Source of the DNA: an uncultured Eubacteriales bacterium
GTDB lineage: Bacteria; Acidobacteriota; Aminicenantia; Aminicenantales; Aminicenantaceae
Assembly: GCA_964433135.1 (NCBI GenBank)
Contig: CAYSQW010000002.1
Location: 5,300-29,299 of the forward strand
Length of the DNA stretch: 24,000 bases
Direction of reading: 5' to 3'
Part shown: positions 23,989 through 24,000 of the stretch, piece by piece
Layout of the letters: each line of letters begins with the position of its first letter
Numbering within the stretch: position 1 is the first letter of the stretch
The notes under the pieces: generated by a model
What the model was told of the DNA's origin: nothing
Databases searched by the model: none
The model's input: the letters and a program-made list of their open reading frames with translations, nothing else
Position numbers and translations under genes: made by a program

Positions 23989-24000
23989 ATGAAAAAAACA
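23989..24000 (+). CDS. possible 5' end of an unidentified gene (MKKT...), truncated by the window edge
   Basis: An ATG at 23989 is preceded by GAGGGAA 6 nt upstream. Only 4 codons are visible, so no product call is possible. Confidence 0.2.

Overview
A 24-kb bacterial chromosomal window, roughly 50% GC by eye, tightly packed and mostly housekeeping. Gene order: cobO (partial, -), serS (+), tRNA-Ser(UGA) and tRNA-Ser(GCU) (+), a 484-aa GT-A-type glycosyltransferase (-), then diverging from it a STAS protein, an MGS/GgS-like glycosyltransferase and a glycerate kinase (+). These are followed by an APC permease fused to two Usp domains (-), a DUF711 protein (+), a secreted lipoprotein (-), mutY (-), a GAF-GGDEF diguanylate cyclase (-) and a frame-disrupted YitJ-like homocysteine S-methyltransferase/MTHFR gene (-). 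The window ends with a four-gene ABC operon (ATPase, ABC-2 permease, GldG-like, DUF4340; -) and argS (-). I found no rRNA, CRISPR array, transposase, integrase, phage gene or recognisable defence or toxin-antitoxin module. I cannot honestly call anything here a new system with confidence. Four things deserve a second look. (1) The YitJ-like gene is split over several reading frames, and its last frame change fuses the MTHFR remnant to the GAF-GGDEF gene straight through that gene's own promoter and RBS. (2) A divergent locus holds two glycosyl-glycerate-synthase-like GT-A enzymes, a glycerate kinase and an orphan STAS regulator. (3) Near-consensus promoters repeatedly sit 6-13 nt from start codons with no Shine-Dalgarno sequence, suggesting leaderless or near-leaderless mRNAs. 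(4) An unannotated 53-aa membrane ORF overlaps the permease start. All functional calls come from reading motifs by eye; no database search was possible.
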